A stretch of DNA of 64,000 bases from Azolla caroliniana (GCA_043228905.1 JBHGNT010000006.1:1364001-1428000), one strand, 5' to 3'. Shown: positions 1-14,219, numbered from the stretch's first letter. Numbers and translations: made by a program. Notes: generated by a model not told the origin, from the letters alone.

Positions 1-1411
1 AAAGTATAAAGCTGATGGCTCTTTGGAGAAATTCAAGGCCAGGCTAGTAGCGCAAGGATACTCCCAAATTGAAGGGTTCGATGTACAAGAAACATTTGCC
101 CCGACAGCTCGCATGACAACAATTCGAATGGTCATAGCGTTGGCTGCTTCAAGAGGATGGCCGATTTATCAAATGGATGTCAAATCAGCATTTCTGAATG
201 GGCATCTCAAGGAGGAGGTATATGTGACACAACCACCGGGGTTTGAGATACCGAATTCAGAAAACAAAGTTTGCAAGCTGAAGAAGGCACTATATGGTCT
301 AAAGCAAGCACCAAGAGCTTGGAACAAGAGGATAGACAGCTTCTTACGATCAATCGACTTTAAGCAATGTGCTTCGGATGCAAGTATGTATGTCAAAATG
401 AAGGACGGGAAACAAGTCATCATTATCATTTACGTGGATGATCTAGTACTTACTGGTGACCATGAAGAGTGCATTGGCCAAACACAAGAGTGTTTGAAAA
501 CTGAGTTTGAAATGACAGACTTGGGGATTCTACACTACTTCCTTGGAATTGAGGTTTGGCAAACCTCGGTCGGCATCTTCATGTCACAAAGAAAGTATGC
601 AACAGAGATCTTGAAGACCTTCGGGATGATGGATAGCAAGTCGAAGTCGACTCCAATGGAGTCAAACTGCAAGCTATCCCAAGAAGACTCATCACCAATG
701 GTTGACATAAGGAAGTATAGACAACTAGTAGGAAGTCTAATTTTCCTATGCAACACTAGGCCGGATATTTGTTTTGCAGTCAATGTGGTGAGTCGATTCA
801 GCAACAAGCCGAAGGAGACTCATTGGAAAGCTGCTCTACGTGTATTAAAGTACATTGTGGGTACTTTAAATTATGGAATCTTCTACAAGCCAACAATTGA
901 CCAACTTAGTGGATATTGCGACTCCGATTGGGCTGGAGATAGTGATTCCAGAAAATCAGTTTCTGGATATTGTTTTTCAATAGGATCTGGAGCTGTTTCA
1001 TGGAGTAGTAAAAAACAACCAACAGTGGCACTATCTTCAACGGAGGCAGAATACAAAGCAGCATGCATAGCGGCATGCGAGGTAGTTTGGCTAAGAAGAA
1101 TCCTTATGGATGTGGCAGTCCCAATAAGGACGGTAACGGTATTGAGGTGTGACAATCAGAGTTGCATGGCCATTGCCAAGAACCCCGTATTTCATGCACG
1201 TACTAAACACATAGAGATTCAGTATCACTATGTGCGGGAGCTAATAAATGATGAGATTGTGGAGCTTGAGTACTGTCCAACATCAGAAAATGCTGCAGAT
1301 ATCTTCACAAAGGCGCTTGGAGCAGAACAGTTGCAACAACACCTTCGACGACTAGGTGTTGGCCCAATTCCAAGTGAACTCAATGGGTTGATCATTGAGG
1401 GGGCGTGTTAG
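1..1411 (+). mobile_element. Ty1/copia retrotransposon, 3' part of pol (RT + RNase H), truncated by window start
   Basis: ORF 23-1411 has copia RT motifs ([36 protein letters not shown]) and RNase H ([26 protein letters not shown]); purine tract GAGGGGGCG at 1397-1405. Confidence 0.95.
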
Positions 1412-2237
1412 ATATAATCAATGATCAGCCCCAAGTTGTAAATCTATCCCCATATGTGCTCTTAGAGTGCACATTTTGTGATAGCGCCCCAAATGAGGAG
1501 CGGCTAGTGTGCAACTCGACCATATGGGTCGATAAGGTGTTAATCTAGGAAACCGTAGATGCGTAGGACACAATATATTTAGGAAAGAGAGAAATAGATA
1601 AAAGGATTGGCTAATCAAGTCAGCTAGAATATTTTGTGGGCAAGTTACGATGTACTTAGTCTTGAAGTATGCGTCATTGACTTCAAGATAAGTATTATCT
1701 AGCACTAGCCTGTACCTAGGGAGTTGGGTCATATTAAATGACAAGTCAGTTGACAGAAGAGGAATATCTCCACTACTGTCAACTGACTTGCACATTTATA
1801 CTAAGACCAAACATAGATTATAAGTCACTTTTCTCACACAGTGGTCAGATTGATCATTTGTCCCCACTAATTTTGTAGTGAGCCGGTCCATATCCTATCT
1901 AAGCTCTAAGGTGTGAGCGCATGGGAAAACTACCATTTTGAACTACTCTCATATGTAATAGAAATTCTGTTTTCATATATCCATCTCTGCAGTTGTAACT
2001 CTATATACCTATCTACTCGATTCTCAATATTTCTAATATATACCTCATTGTGGGTATTTTTGTATTTGATGATGATGATGCAAATTTAGTATAGAGTTAA
2101 TCATCCCCCATCTTGTGTTGCTCATAAGTGTACTTCTCTCTCTCTTCCTCTCACACACATATCACTTAATCTTCCGCTTAACTTAATCACATAATTAGGT
2201 ACTAATTAACCCTTGCTTAATTACCTAATTCTTAACA
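1406..2237 (+). repeat. 3' LTR of the copia element
   Basis: Starts TGTTA right after the PPT and ends TAACA; its 3' half resembles the solo LTR at 61834-62272. Confidence 0.8.
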
Positions 2238-2239
2238 CA

Positions 2240-2980
2240 AAGTATACATGTCTTGTTGCCACGAATCATTGGATTGCGAATAATGTGCATGCATTGAATT
2301 TGCCAAAATTTGGAAGTGGTTGTGGAGTATGTAGTTGGCGAAAGAAGTTATTTGTTTTCGTTGGTTGTTGATATATTACGCTCTTCCCGTTGGTGATTGG
2401 TTGAGGCAAAATCAATAATATGTTTGTGGAATGCATTGTGGTGCACCTATGGAATCTATTCTGCATGTCTTTTGGTTATGTCCCAAGATCAAGCAAATTT
2501 GGAGTAAGTTGTTTTTATTACCGAGACATCCTTATTCTCGTTCTATTTTCTCATGGGGTGCAATATTATGGGATGTCCTTTATGGAGATGTTACGAGGTA
2601 TGAAAGTACACATGCTTCTCATGTCTTTCATTTTCCCATGGACACCTCTATCTCACCTCATTTCCATATTCTATTCAACAATTCAAAATTAAAAATCTGG
2701 TTATTTGGTGTACTGTTACGTTGTTGACTCTTTGGATAATATGGAAAGTGAGATGTGATGTTGTTTTTAACAATGCTCACATGCATCTCCACACCATGAT
2801 TATTGAACTATGGATGTTATTTGTCCACACAATCCGTGGTCAATATGATGATTTGCAAGGTTCAACTGATGTTCTATGACAATATCAAGTGGCCTTTAAG
2901 AAACGATGGCAAGGGCTTCACTTATTTTCCGACACAACTTATGGTCTAAGGTGGAATTATACCATACCTTCTTTTCTGTT
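2240..2980 (+). pseudogene. Degenerate L1-type LINE 3' remnant (zf-RVT region)
   Basis: Fragments HCGAPMESILHVFWLCPKIKQIW and LWIIWKVRCDVVFNN match the C-terminal zinc-finger region of plant LINE ORF2; stops and frameshifts present. Confidence 0.7.
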
Positions 2981-3781
2981 GCATAACTCGTAGTTATTGC
3001 TCCACTTGTTTCATATATGACATCATCTGTTTGATTAGATGCTTATACTAGCCTTTGTATCACAATTGAAGTGAGATGAAATGTCTCCTTCCGTTCTCTC
3101 TATGTACAGTTCTCAAGTAATATACTAAGGAGCATCTTTCTTTAAAAACGAAACAATCCACTCATACGGGGATGAATAATTAGATTTGCTCTACAATAAA
3201 GCAAATTACAGTATTGTCTACGGTTATTCTCATGCAAAGAGAGAAGAAATGCAAAACGATAACGATGCACATGCGATTGGTCCAAACAACCGGTGGAGAT
3301 GTGAATTACCATCCCAAAATCGACATCGTTCTAAACGGTATGAACCTTGGAAATAAATCGGTCGGACGTAACTGCCGGCAGGAAAGCTATGCAAGCAGTG
3401 CTATGTGTTGGGCGACCAATGTGGTATATGGGCATGTGGTAAGAACCGAAGACCATTTGAACACACAAACATGAACATGTATGTATGTATGTATGTATGT
3501 ATGTATGTGTTTGTTGCTGCCTCCCCTCCCATCGGAGAAGGGCAACATACAACCATAAACAGACGCAGAAGCAGAGCATACATACACACACACACACACA
3601 TACACTACATTCATACAGTCTCCCCAGACACCCAACTACGGGGGACACAGAGTGACAGAGATCGGAGAGGCGGATCGAATCCCGCTTCCCTCGGCCTCAG
3701 AATTCGATCGACCGAGCGAAGGGGGAGGAAGGACCGCATCGACAGAGAGATCCATCGTTTCTCTAGATCGGATCTTCTTTC

Positions 3782-6700
3782 ATGGCGAATCGCCAACCTC
3801 TGACCTGCGCGAGAAGGTATGATTTGCCTCTCTTCTGTTCTTCTTGGGCTACTTCAACCCCTTCCACTACACAGAAAGAGGAGAAAGGAGAAGATACTCA
3901 AGAAGGAAGACCCAACGGAGTTGTCTCAGACACTAGTTATGTCATACTTGGAGGTGGTGGAGGAGCTGGAGAAACCGGTATCAACAATAGTCTTGTTCTT
4001 GCTCGATTCGATCATAGTACCGATACTCTCTCTGAAGCTGTAAGTTTGCATTTGGTTTTTTCAAGTTGCCTTCCCCATTTTCACGTGTGAAATTATTGCA
4101 AAATATGAGGAAAAGCTACACATTAATTGGAATTCTAGCAGAAATATGAGCGAACCTTTACTAATTCTCTGGGTTTCCATTTCCTGTATGAAGTAATAGT
4201 GAATAAAAAAAGGCAAAATTTATAGGGATTTAGTAGCAATGTAGATGTATAAGAAACCCATTCTGAAGCTGGAAGTTGTAAAATTTCCCTGAGCTGACAC
4301 TGTCTCCGAAGCTGTGAATTTCTATTTGCTTTCATGCCTGAAATCATTCTCAAATTATGAGAGCTTACAAAAAAATTTAGATGTTAAGTAGAAACATATA
4401 GTTTTGATCATAGTATTGATACCCTCTCTGAAGCTTTAAGTTTCTTTTTTTAAATTTATTTTCGGTTTTATTTTTTATCTTTTGTGTGTGAAATAATAGA
4501 AAAATATGAGAAAAGTCAGAAAACTGATAGAAATTTAGTAAACATATATAGCATCTATCACACTTCTGATACTCTCACAATAACTGTTTCATTTTTCTTA
4601 TTTTTTCAAATATTATTATTTCTCTTCTTTTATGAAATCACTACAGAAACCAAAATTGATAGGATTCTTGCAAATGTATGCTACTGATGCTGTTGTCCAA
4701 GCTGTAAATCTCTTTTCTGTTTGGGGGTTACGATTTGCTAATTGTAGCAATCCCTCCACGGTAAAGAAATACGCAAGACGCGCTCAATTGGGTGAATCTT
4801 TTGAATTTGATCGTGCTACTTTGAAATCATATGGTGTTTTTAGAGTAGCGCCTAGGGGGTGGTTTACTTTCGGTCATGCCACATTTGCTCTACTCTTTTT
4901 CTTTGGTCATGTCTGGCATGGTGTGAGAACCCTCTTCAGAGACGTATTTGTTGTATTAATCCTGATAAGTTTCTTTTTCTGTATTAAATAAAAACAAATT
5001 ACGGTAAAAAACCAAAATTTATCAGAATTTAGTAGAAATATACAATTCGATCGTTGTATTGGTAATCTTTCAAAGCTGAACGTTTCTCTTATTTTTTCTC
5101 ATTTGGGACAATTGTATTTGGTTATCAGAAGATTTTCCTCTCTCTATGAAGTAATAGCAATTTATAAGAGAATACCACAAAGCTGAAAGTTATTAGTAGA
5201 AATATGTAGTTTCAATCTTAGGAAGGCATCTTCTCCAAAGCTGTTAGCTTCTATTTTATTTGCTTTTTCTTTTGGGAGTTTTTTTTTGTCATGAATCGGT
5301 CATTTTTATATTATAATGGAAAATGATCAGAAATTGCTGATAATAAGAATTTACTAGGAGATTTATTTATTTCAGTCATCATGATCATTGCCCTTCATAC
5401 TCATTAATCCAACTCCCAAAGGAGAGAAAACATAGAAGTGAAGATCTTCATGAGCGTAGTCTTTGCATCACATTCACCTTCATCTTTCCTGCCTGTCATC
5501 TTGGCTTTTTTGAAGCATGTAATTTGATGTTCGTATTTGTTCCTAAAGCATTTTCTGCATGAGCCATTCTTTTCCTCGGAATGAGCTATTTGACTATCCA
5601 ATCCTCTTTCTTCTGAAGCCCGTATCCCTTGGTGTGAGCCTCAAGAAAATGCATTTATTACATTCCCATTTGAGCATTTTGTTTTGTGAGTAGGCATCCT
5701 GTTCTGACTCATACTGAACTTGCGGTTTTTCAATTTCTACAATGAGCATATTTATTTATGAAACTCCACATTGAAGCATTTCTGAAACTCTAAATTTAGA
5801 AACTATTTCTAGGAAATAATGTTTCTTATCTAAAACAAGGTTTAGCAGAGTAGAATTGATGAACAAGTTGTGATTGAGCAATCAAGCACCTTGCATAATA
5901 TTCACTTCTACTTCATTTATCTTCTATTAAAATGGTTTATTAATTTTTGTTTGCTTTTATTTCTTTGTAGTATCATTTTGGTGTACTTTTCTCAAATGTC
6001 TTGAACTTGAATATAATATGGTCAAACTTCACATTCTAATACCAGTCAAGCTTCAAACTCTTTCTTTGTACTTGCATTCTTTGATTTGATACTTGAGAGT
6101 TACTTTTCAGGTTCATGAACTTTCGACTGATGATGATCCACCCTATCGGATGGCAGTCCATCCAACAGGGCATGGGATTGCATGCTCCTTCACAAGAAGC
6201 TGCAGGTGTTAATATTTCCCAGTAATTATGGGCTATTATTATGGACTGTTTGGTAGGCTAATGTGGTTGTCTATTATAGACTATTTGAAATGGTAAGAGA
6301 AGGTGGACTTGGACATATGAGACTTGAACCTGCAACCAAAACCTTGACACAGCTACAAGAAGTTGGGCAGCAGAGGTCTTTGGTGTTTAGCACTGATGGA
6401 ACACGTTTTGCTGCAGGTGGTGATGTGAGTTCATTCCCCTATTCCTTGAGATTAATATGATACGCAATGTTGTTATGATTTTTAAATTTGAGGTGGTCGC
6501 TACTCAGGATGGGCACTTGCGTGTATTTGAGTGGCCAAATTTAAGGTTAATACTTGATCAACCTGAGGCTCATAGAAGTATTCGAGATGTAGACTTCAGG
6601 TTGGTTTATGTTTCTGGAATGACATCTTTTATATATGTATGGCAAAGTACATATTAGTAACTCTTCTGGAAATCAGTTTGGATGCAGCATATTTAGCTTC

Positions 6701-9700
6701 AACTGGAGGCTCTGGTCCATGTAGGATTTGGGATTTGTCAACGTTGGCCACAGTGGCTTCCCTATCTTTGGATCAGGCAAGAGCTGTTGAATTTGAGAAA
6801 ATTAATGCTATAAATTAGTAAAGCCATTTGTTGAGCTCGTTGAACCTTAATTTCTAGGGAGGAGATCTAGGATTTTGTCGATTCTCTCGAGACGGCACAA
6901 ATCCACTTTTATTTGTCACTGTAAAGGAAGGTAATTCCATAGTGATTTACCCTTGCGTTTAAAGCTTCTCAGCTTTTTATAATATATTCGGCTTGGCAGG
7001 TTTTCGACCATTTGATTGTGATATTATTACCTTAATGAAATTGTTATGTCTGCAAAGCTTCCCATTTCTGAGCATTGATTGATTAGTTGCATCTGTGTCA
7101 GCCTTAAAAAATATGCATATAGCTTGGCAGGATTCCCACCTTTTGAATCCTGAAATCACAGCCATAGTGGAATTGTTACCTTAATGAAATTGTTATGTCT
7201 GCATTGAATCCTGAAATCACAGCCTTTGTGATATTGTCACCTTAATGAAATTATTATGTCTGCAAAGCTTCCCATTTCTGAGCATTGATTGATTAGTTGC
7301 ATCTGTGTCAGCCTTAAAAAATATGCATATAGCTTGGCAGGATTCCCGCCTTTTGAATCCTGAAATCACAGCCTTAGTGGAATTGTTATGTGAACAAAGC
7401 TCATCCTTAGGTATCAAAATCAACATGGTGAAGATAGTACTTTTAGGTTTTATGTGCATAATGTTCATTTTTAGGTTCTTTAGTTGGTTGCTTTACACTA
7501 TTGCGCGAATAAAATTAATAGTAAACTATTATGGCATAAAAGAAAAAGGAAAAAAGACATCTGGTGTTTAAATCTCATTGGTGAAAAATGGATATCAAAG
7601 TAATATAAATCACTCGATAGCAACATGAAAACAAGCTTGGAACATAGAATGCAAGGTGTAAAAAACTAATAATAAGAGCGAAATCCTCTTATTTGGCTGG
7701 GTGCTTGACAATATGAAATGGTTTAAGAGATTGGGAGTAAAAGATCTATTGTAGCTCTTGGGTGGTGCTATGAAGTATGTGATCATTGAGGGTAGAGGCA
7801 CTAAGGATGACGTGGCAATATATTAAAATGTCAAATTTGGAATAGTTCAATACAAATATTAACCCCCAATATTAGCCCCAATTCAAGGAAACAATGTCAA
7901 AACATCTCCAATCACATCTCACTACCCCATGAGCCTTGGCTCTCGGGGAGCCTCAATCGAACACGCTCACACCAGTTAGGCGTAGACGTCGCATCATGAC
8001 ATCATCATGCAAACTTGAAGATATGCAAGGTATGCAATGAAAACCTAGTGGAGGATAAATATCACTTATCACATATTCACCATATAAGGTAATTTCCGAT
8101 AAATATAGTGACTTGTTAGACGACATGATAATGTGGTGTCATACTCAAATTTCCACCAAGAACGGCGATGACATATGTATGCATTATTTTCTCATCGAAG
8201 TTTTTAACATACAAAATCTTTCATGTACTGCCTCTGATTCTCTATTGGCACTGTTAGTGTGGCAGCACCAGCAGGCACATTCTCAGGGGCTGCAAACTGA
8301 AGTGTGGCGTTGGGACATTTTGGTCAGACAGGCTTTGATGTATGCATTAGCAATATAGGCACCAGGATTGGCACGATAATGTGGAATACTGATAGAACTA
8401 CCACTGGCCCTAAGGCTTTCCAAGTGAGTTGCAGTAAACCATCTGTAGCACATGATATTGTGGAGTTAGAGTTTGTTACGCTAACCATGTTGGTTGAGGC
8501 CCCTTATCAAAGCAATATAGGCACCAGGATTGGCACGATAATGTGGAATACTGATAGAACTACCACTGGCCCTAAGGCTTCCCAAGTGAGTTGCAGTAAA
8601 CCATCTGTAGCACATGATATTGTGGAGTTAGAGTTTGTTACGCTAACCATGTTGGTTGAGGCCCCTTTCCAGCGTCTGAGTTATTTAGCTGATGCTGGAG
8701 ATGGTGGATGTTGACACGCACAAATATATATTATGGACGTGGATAGTCACCACATTTATATGGCTAAAACACACCAGTTATCTCCTAACGGTAACTAGTA
8801 GAAATAGGAGAATTAGGCAGTGGATGGAACTAATGTAAATCATAGCAGCCAGTGCCACCTAAAATATCGTACTACATAGAAGCACAAGGCTTTATCAAGT
8901 AACTGTACTACATGGAAGTCTACATGCCACACCATACACTGACAACGTAGAATTTCTTCTTGTCATCTAGAGATTGAGATTGTTCATGCCATCAAGAGTA
9001 TCTACGTAGGAGCAGGCAGTTCAGGGTCTTCTCTTTGACATTCTGTGGAGGAGTTCGACCTTTCACTAGCGTTAATGAGGCTACTTTCTTTCTGTTGCAC
9101 TAACCCCATTCTGGATTGTTCAGATTTGGAACCAGAAGAACATGATATTTGCTATTGTAGGGTTTTTGTGAAATAAGGGTGAAATGCCCCTGCCACTCTC
9201 AACAAGGCTTGGATTTGTTCTTGCTAGAAATCAAGATACAAATGTTGTATTGAAGGACAACAATACAGCCACAAAATCTTATCACAAAAGCTTATCAACA
9301 ATGAACCATCATAAACTTCTTTAGCACCGTCACATCTTATCCTACAAGTCAAAACAATGGCCTATACAAATAGTGTCTTGACAATAACATTTGAAAGGCA
9401 TAACAATAGAATGGTTGATATCAAATTTCTGTGCGTGCAAGTTGCATCTAGAGTGCAGGTCCCCACCCTGGTTATTGACAAACCAAATCCCTTTCTTGAC
9501 CATAACATTCGAAAGGGATAACAATAGAATGGTGATAGGAATTTGTTGTGCATGCAAGTCACATCTAGAGCACAGCTCCATCACACTTTTTATTGTCAAA
9601 TCAAATCCATTACACCTTACAGTGCAGGTGCTTGCCTCAGTTGGGAGACCTGTCCATCTTGGATTAGCCCACATTGGGGCCTTTCGAAAGCAGAAATTAC

Positions 9701-12700
9701 TTACTCAAACTTCCTTTCTTTCTTCATATCTGGCAGTATTGCTTTGATGGTCCTTGTGAATGTTTGGTAGATAAAGACCTGTTCCAAGGAGACATTATGC
9801 CCAGCCAGCCAGTATCCATCTGGTACTAGTTGTTTAGAGTATCCTGCCTCGCAGAAATATCCTGCCTTGCAGAAAGAGGTGACCTTGACTTCACACAACA
9901 TTCATGAAGTATGACGTATATGTTGAAAAAGTTGTTAGGCACAATAGCATGAGTTCCAGCTCTCTTGTCCAATAATGTCTTAGACACTTCGTTTGAATCA
10001 TATGGAATATTTTCATCACCTACAGGCTGCCACCACATCTTTTATGTATAAGAATACTCCTCAAACTGGGATTTGAACATATTCTAAAAGTCTGGAGAAG
10101 CTGGTAGGTACAGGTCAAATGAATGTGTTTCACATTGATATGCAACGTCCTGTTATTAATATGGAGGTCACAATCTGAAACAATTCTGGGCCAAGAATGG
10201 CCATTTTTGCAAAATATGTAAAAATGCTCATTTTTAACAATTCTTCCTTAGCATCTAAAGTTAAATTAGCTTTAGCATCTAACAATGAATCGTTATGCAT
10301 AAATCACTCGTTACACAAATTACCCAAACATGGTAGGAACAAAACTTTTATGTACTCTGTTTTTTAGTGATAGCATGAACTTTAGTGCGTGATGGTGTGA
10401 TGAAGTTAGGGAAGAGCTGCATAGAATTAGTCAAGCAGATTGGGTGTAACAATTGGCAATGGTTCGGTTAGGTTTGAGAGAGTCAAAACCGAACCGTTTA
10501 AAAAATTTGAAACTTGAACCGAACCGAACCGAATTATTAAATTTCTTTCAAACCGTTAAACCATTGAACTGTTAAAACTGCGGTTTTGTGGTTCGGTTTT
10601 GGTTTTCAACTTAGGTCAGAATTCAAAATTTAAATTTTTAAAATTAAAAATATTTCATTATTTTAAATTTTCAAAATTCCTAAAATGTGAGAATAAGGCT
10701 TGAAAATGAAAAGATTGTTTAAAAATAATTTAAAAAAATAAAATAAAATCGTTAATCCGTTTAAACCGTGGTTTCTAACTGTTGAGACTGAACTGTTGCC
10801 GACTATTAATTGGGCGTTTAATGGTGTGCATTCTGAAGAAAATAGAATGGGCAAAATACAAATAGACATGCTGATGTACCTGACTTTTGTTTGTAATAGT
10901 TTGCACGATTGGCAGGATGCTGAGGCAGAGACTAGAGACTATGAATTAAATAAGGAATTGTACAAAGCAGATCATGTGCAGATAATTCTACCGAATTTGC
11001 AAAGAGCATGAATCTGCAATGTGATTGTAGTGCATGTTATACTTACAGTAGAGGCAGAAATTTTCCGATGGGCAAGGAGCATTGCAGTCTGAAATAGATG
11101 ATTGACTTTTTCCTGATATGCTTTGTGTGTCTATTTCTGCCCAATTGCCTTTTGTACATGCAATACATCTCTTTATTTTGGGTGTATCGTGTTGTTTTCT
11201 CCATACAAAATGCTGTAAATGCTAAGAAGCCACTTTTCCGTTCGAAGGTTGTGTGAAATGATAGCTCAAAGAATGGTTCATACATAATTGTTTATTTGGA
11301 GGAACATACTATATAAATATTTAAATATATTAATATTAATACATGCTGATGAGCGTTGCACATTCTTGTTGAACTTTGTTTCAAAATACTAATTGGAGAA
11401 ATAAAAATGTGGTATTACATTTGTCAATGCTTATGCAAAAAACTGTTTGGCTAGAGTAATCCTTTTACCATATGTTCATCGTATCAGGACATTTCTCCCT
11501 TCCATGAATTTAGTTCTTCATATTAGTATTTAGTAGGATTGACATGTTTTTGATAAACCAGGTGATAAAGGCTACATTGCAATATGGAATACAAATACGT
11601 GGAGGAAAGTTGGAATAAAGAAATTTCAAGAGAGCCCTATATCAGCATTTGCAATGTCCTATGATGGAAAATACCTTGCCATGTAATGATTGATAACTCT
11701 ATAAACAATATGCTAGGCAGTGTACATGAAAATTGGAGAAAATAAAGCTTTCAACAATTTGCTGGTGGTGGTTATGAATCATTGGTATGCCATTGTAATC
11801 GTTACTGGTTTTATATTTGTGTTTCTTTTAGTGGTAGCTCTGAAGGTGATGTTTCCATAATCTCTGTTGACAAAATGACGGTTCACCAAAAAGTGAGAGG
11901 TGCCCATATGATCTTTGTTACATCGATGGAGTTTTCTCGAGATTGCAGGTCAGATAATGTTTTTTGAATTTCCTGGTTAATTTCATGACGCATTCGTATG
12001 ATGTATGTGGTAGTTCTATGATTATTTGATGCAAAATTGTTTGCTGTACTATAGGGCCTTGCTTTCTGTATCTGCAGATTCAAGTGCAAGAGTTACAACC
12101 ATCCAAGAAGTTAAACGGGAAGGTAACTAGTGATATATTTGCTGAATAGTATATATAGACATAAATATATGAATGTGAGTTAGCAATATAAATGCATGTA
12201 AAGTTTCATTCATTTCAAAATATATGCGATGGGTTCGCAAAATAATAGAAAACGTACATAGGGTATGAAAGCTGAGCTTCATTTAGGCATTTATTGAGTA
12301 GTTTAGCTAACTGCCTTTGGTGACATATCCATCACCAGTGATGTGGACAAGATGGTCCCGATAGAAAGCCATCATCATACCTGATTCCTTCATAGGCTTG
12401 ATTCATACCTGTCTACTCCGTAGTTGCATGAGATCTTGCCTTATGACTTTGCTAATCTCTGAGTTAGTGTGAGAGATGGTGCATCCAAGGAGCACTGGAA
12501 GGGAGATATAAATAGTCTGTCTATGCTGGCACCATGGCGGAGAAACCACTTTGCCATTTGCGTATATGTATTTCATGGGCATACCAACATGAAATATCTA
12601 CCTCTCAAGTCTTTAGAGCCAACCTGACATCTCTATGTCGCAGAAACTCTCATGTACCTGTCCAGACCCTCTATGACCATTGGTGGTGCAGTCATCTCAC

Positions 12701-13102
12701 CCCTGATAATATCATGGGGTATGGATACTTTAGCCTGAATCGTTCTAGAGATCATAGAGACAATATGTTTCTCTGATTGATCTCCACTGTCAGAGAGGCA
12801 GATGTAGTCATCTCAGCCCTGATAATATCATGGTGTAGGAATACTTAAGACTGAACCATTTTAGAGATCATGGAGTCCAGATGTATCTCTGATTGATTGA
12901 CAATGAGAGTTCAGAGAGAGACTGTTTTTGTTCTAATGCGAGTTCACTTGTTTTAACAGCTGGACGGGTTCCTATGCTCATCTTCATATTTGCTGTGATT
13001 CTATTTGTTCTCTACATTGCAAAAGACATGCTATGGGATGGTCAAAAAGAAATCCTTAGAACTATGATATCACAATCAAATTCTACAGACACAGATGTGT
13101 AA
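3782..13102 (+). CDS. SEC12: SEC12-like Sar1 GEF (STL2P-type WD40 beta-propeller with C-terminal TM anchor), ~403 aa; exons 3782-4039, 6111-6205, 6280-6424, 6508-6599, 6677-6776, 6858-6930, 11562-11682, 11832-11948, 12055-12122, 12960-13102
   Basis: Exons join in frame (1212 nt) with GT-AG junctions and one GC-AG; motifs [13 protein letters not shown] (K-loop), [44 protein letters not shown]; hydrophobic C-terminal segment [15 protein letters not shown]. Confidence 0.9.
4005..5400 (+). repeat. Degenerate tandem array (~110-160 bp units) derived from the SEC12 exon1/intron1 junction
   Basis: Recurring motifs resembling TTCGATCATAGTACCGATACTCTCTCTGAAGCTGTAAGTTT and GAATTTAGTAGAAATAT near 4007, 4260, 4402, 4555, 4680, 5046 and 5210. 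Confidence 0.6.
4745..4952 (+). pseudogene. psbB: Nuclear plastid DNA insertion (NUPT): psbB (CP47) C-terminal fragment in SEC12 intron 1
   Basis: Translates to [66 protein letters not shown], recognisably CP47. Confidence 0.9.
7016..7390. repeat. Local tandem duplication (~210 bp period) in SEC12 intron 6
   Basis: TTGTGATATT...CCTTAATGAAATT...GAATCCTGAAATCACAGCC present twice, with a partial copy between. Confidence 0.8.
8349..8667. repeat. Near-perfect 162-bp tandem duplication in SEC12 intron 6
   Basis: AGCAATATAGGCACCAGGATTGGCACG...GAGGCCCCTT starts at 8349 and again at 8511. Confidence 0.9.
10447..10808. mobile_element. hAT-type MITE copy 1 (intronic)
   Basis: Termini TAACAATTGGCAATGGTTCGG / CTGAACTGTTGCCGACTATTA; 8-bp TSD ATTGGGTG/ATTGGGCG; AACCG-rich subterminal repeats. 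Confidence 0.75.
12691..12900. repeat. Imperfect ~117-bp direct duplication in the last SEC12 intron
   Basis: GTCATCTCA.CCCTGATAATATCATGG...AGAGATCAT...CTCTGATTGAT at ~12691 and ~12808. Confidence 0.7.
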
Positions 13103-14219
13103 TCATAACCAGCTAAATTTTTTGAAGATCTGATATTCATTGATTAATAAATGCACCTGCAATAACGATTTTCAGTTTTGCAGTTTCTAGTTTTAATAAG
13201 GAATACCATTTTTTGCTTCAGCTATCACTAAATTTGTGTTTATAAGTTTAAAACTTGAAGGTTATTTGCTTATGTGTGGCACTTTAAATGAGTTACATCT
13301 GAAACATTTAAGTGTCCTTTGTTACCTAGGCAATATTTTTGTTGTAATTATAATTCATCACATTGGTACTTGATTGTTAAACAGAAGCATTTTTTTAACA
13401 TGCCAAAATAAATACTCAAGGTTGAGTGCTTAGCATGAAGACATTATCACTATCTATTATGTCAACTCTGAAAATATCATCACCTCTTTGCTAAGCAATC
13501 CATTGTATTCACATTATATTGTTTTGTAAATAATTACATACAAGAATACGATTGACCAAGAAGAATTGAATTCCATCCAGTAAGAAACTAAACATGTGCT
13601 CATTACAAAAATTTGAACAGATCTGTTTCCTTGTAAACAAATCAACATTATTGGTTGGAAGATTAAATATTCTCTGTTTAGCTTCAACGCTATGTTAAGA
13701 AATGAACAATTACATGTTGCTTACTTAAAAGAGTGCAGCAAACATGTAATAAGACTACCTGCACTCTCTATTTGCAAGTAGAGGTACATTATCAAGTGTG
13801 GGTTCACAATTGAACATACATCTCGAGGTACATCTCTAGGTGTGGCTCATATTCAAACCCTGTTCTTGTAGTATGGAAATGTGCCAATTGCTATCAAAGA
13901 TTTCCAGTGATTTATTATTGATGTTTATAGTATTACCATGCGTATAAAGAATGTAAATTTTGTTTACAGCATTACCATGTATAGGCATTGGAAATGTTAT
14001 TTCACAAATTTCCACTAAGTGCTACACACACAAGTTTTAGTAATAATGATGTAGTGAAGCAATTGAAGTTTTTAACATTTCTGCAACATATTCATAATGT
14101 TTGTATCAACTTTGATATGAATCATGAAGCAATTATCATTTATGCTCAAAATTCTCAATCAATCTTTCAACCTTATTAGCATGTTGGATATGTTCATTAG
14201 AGGAAACATTGGGCATGAA

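Noticed and set aside
8700-10150. Possible decayed TE coding sequence in SEC12 intron 6
   Set aside because: No recognisable domain motif; only an imperfect direct repeat near 9380-9570
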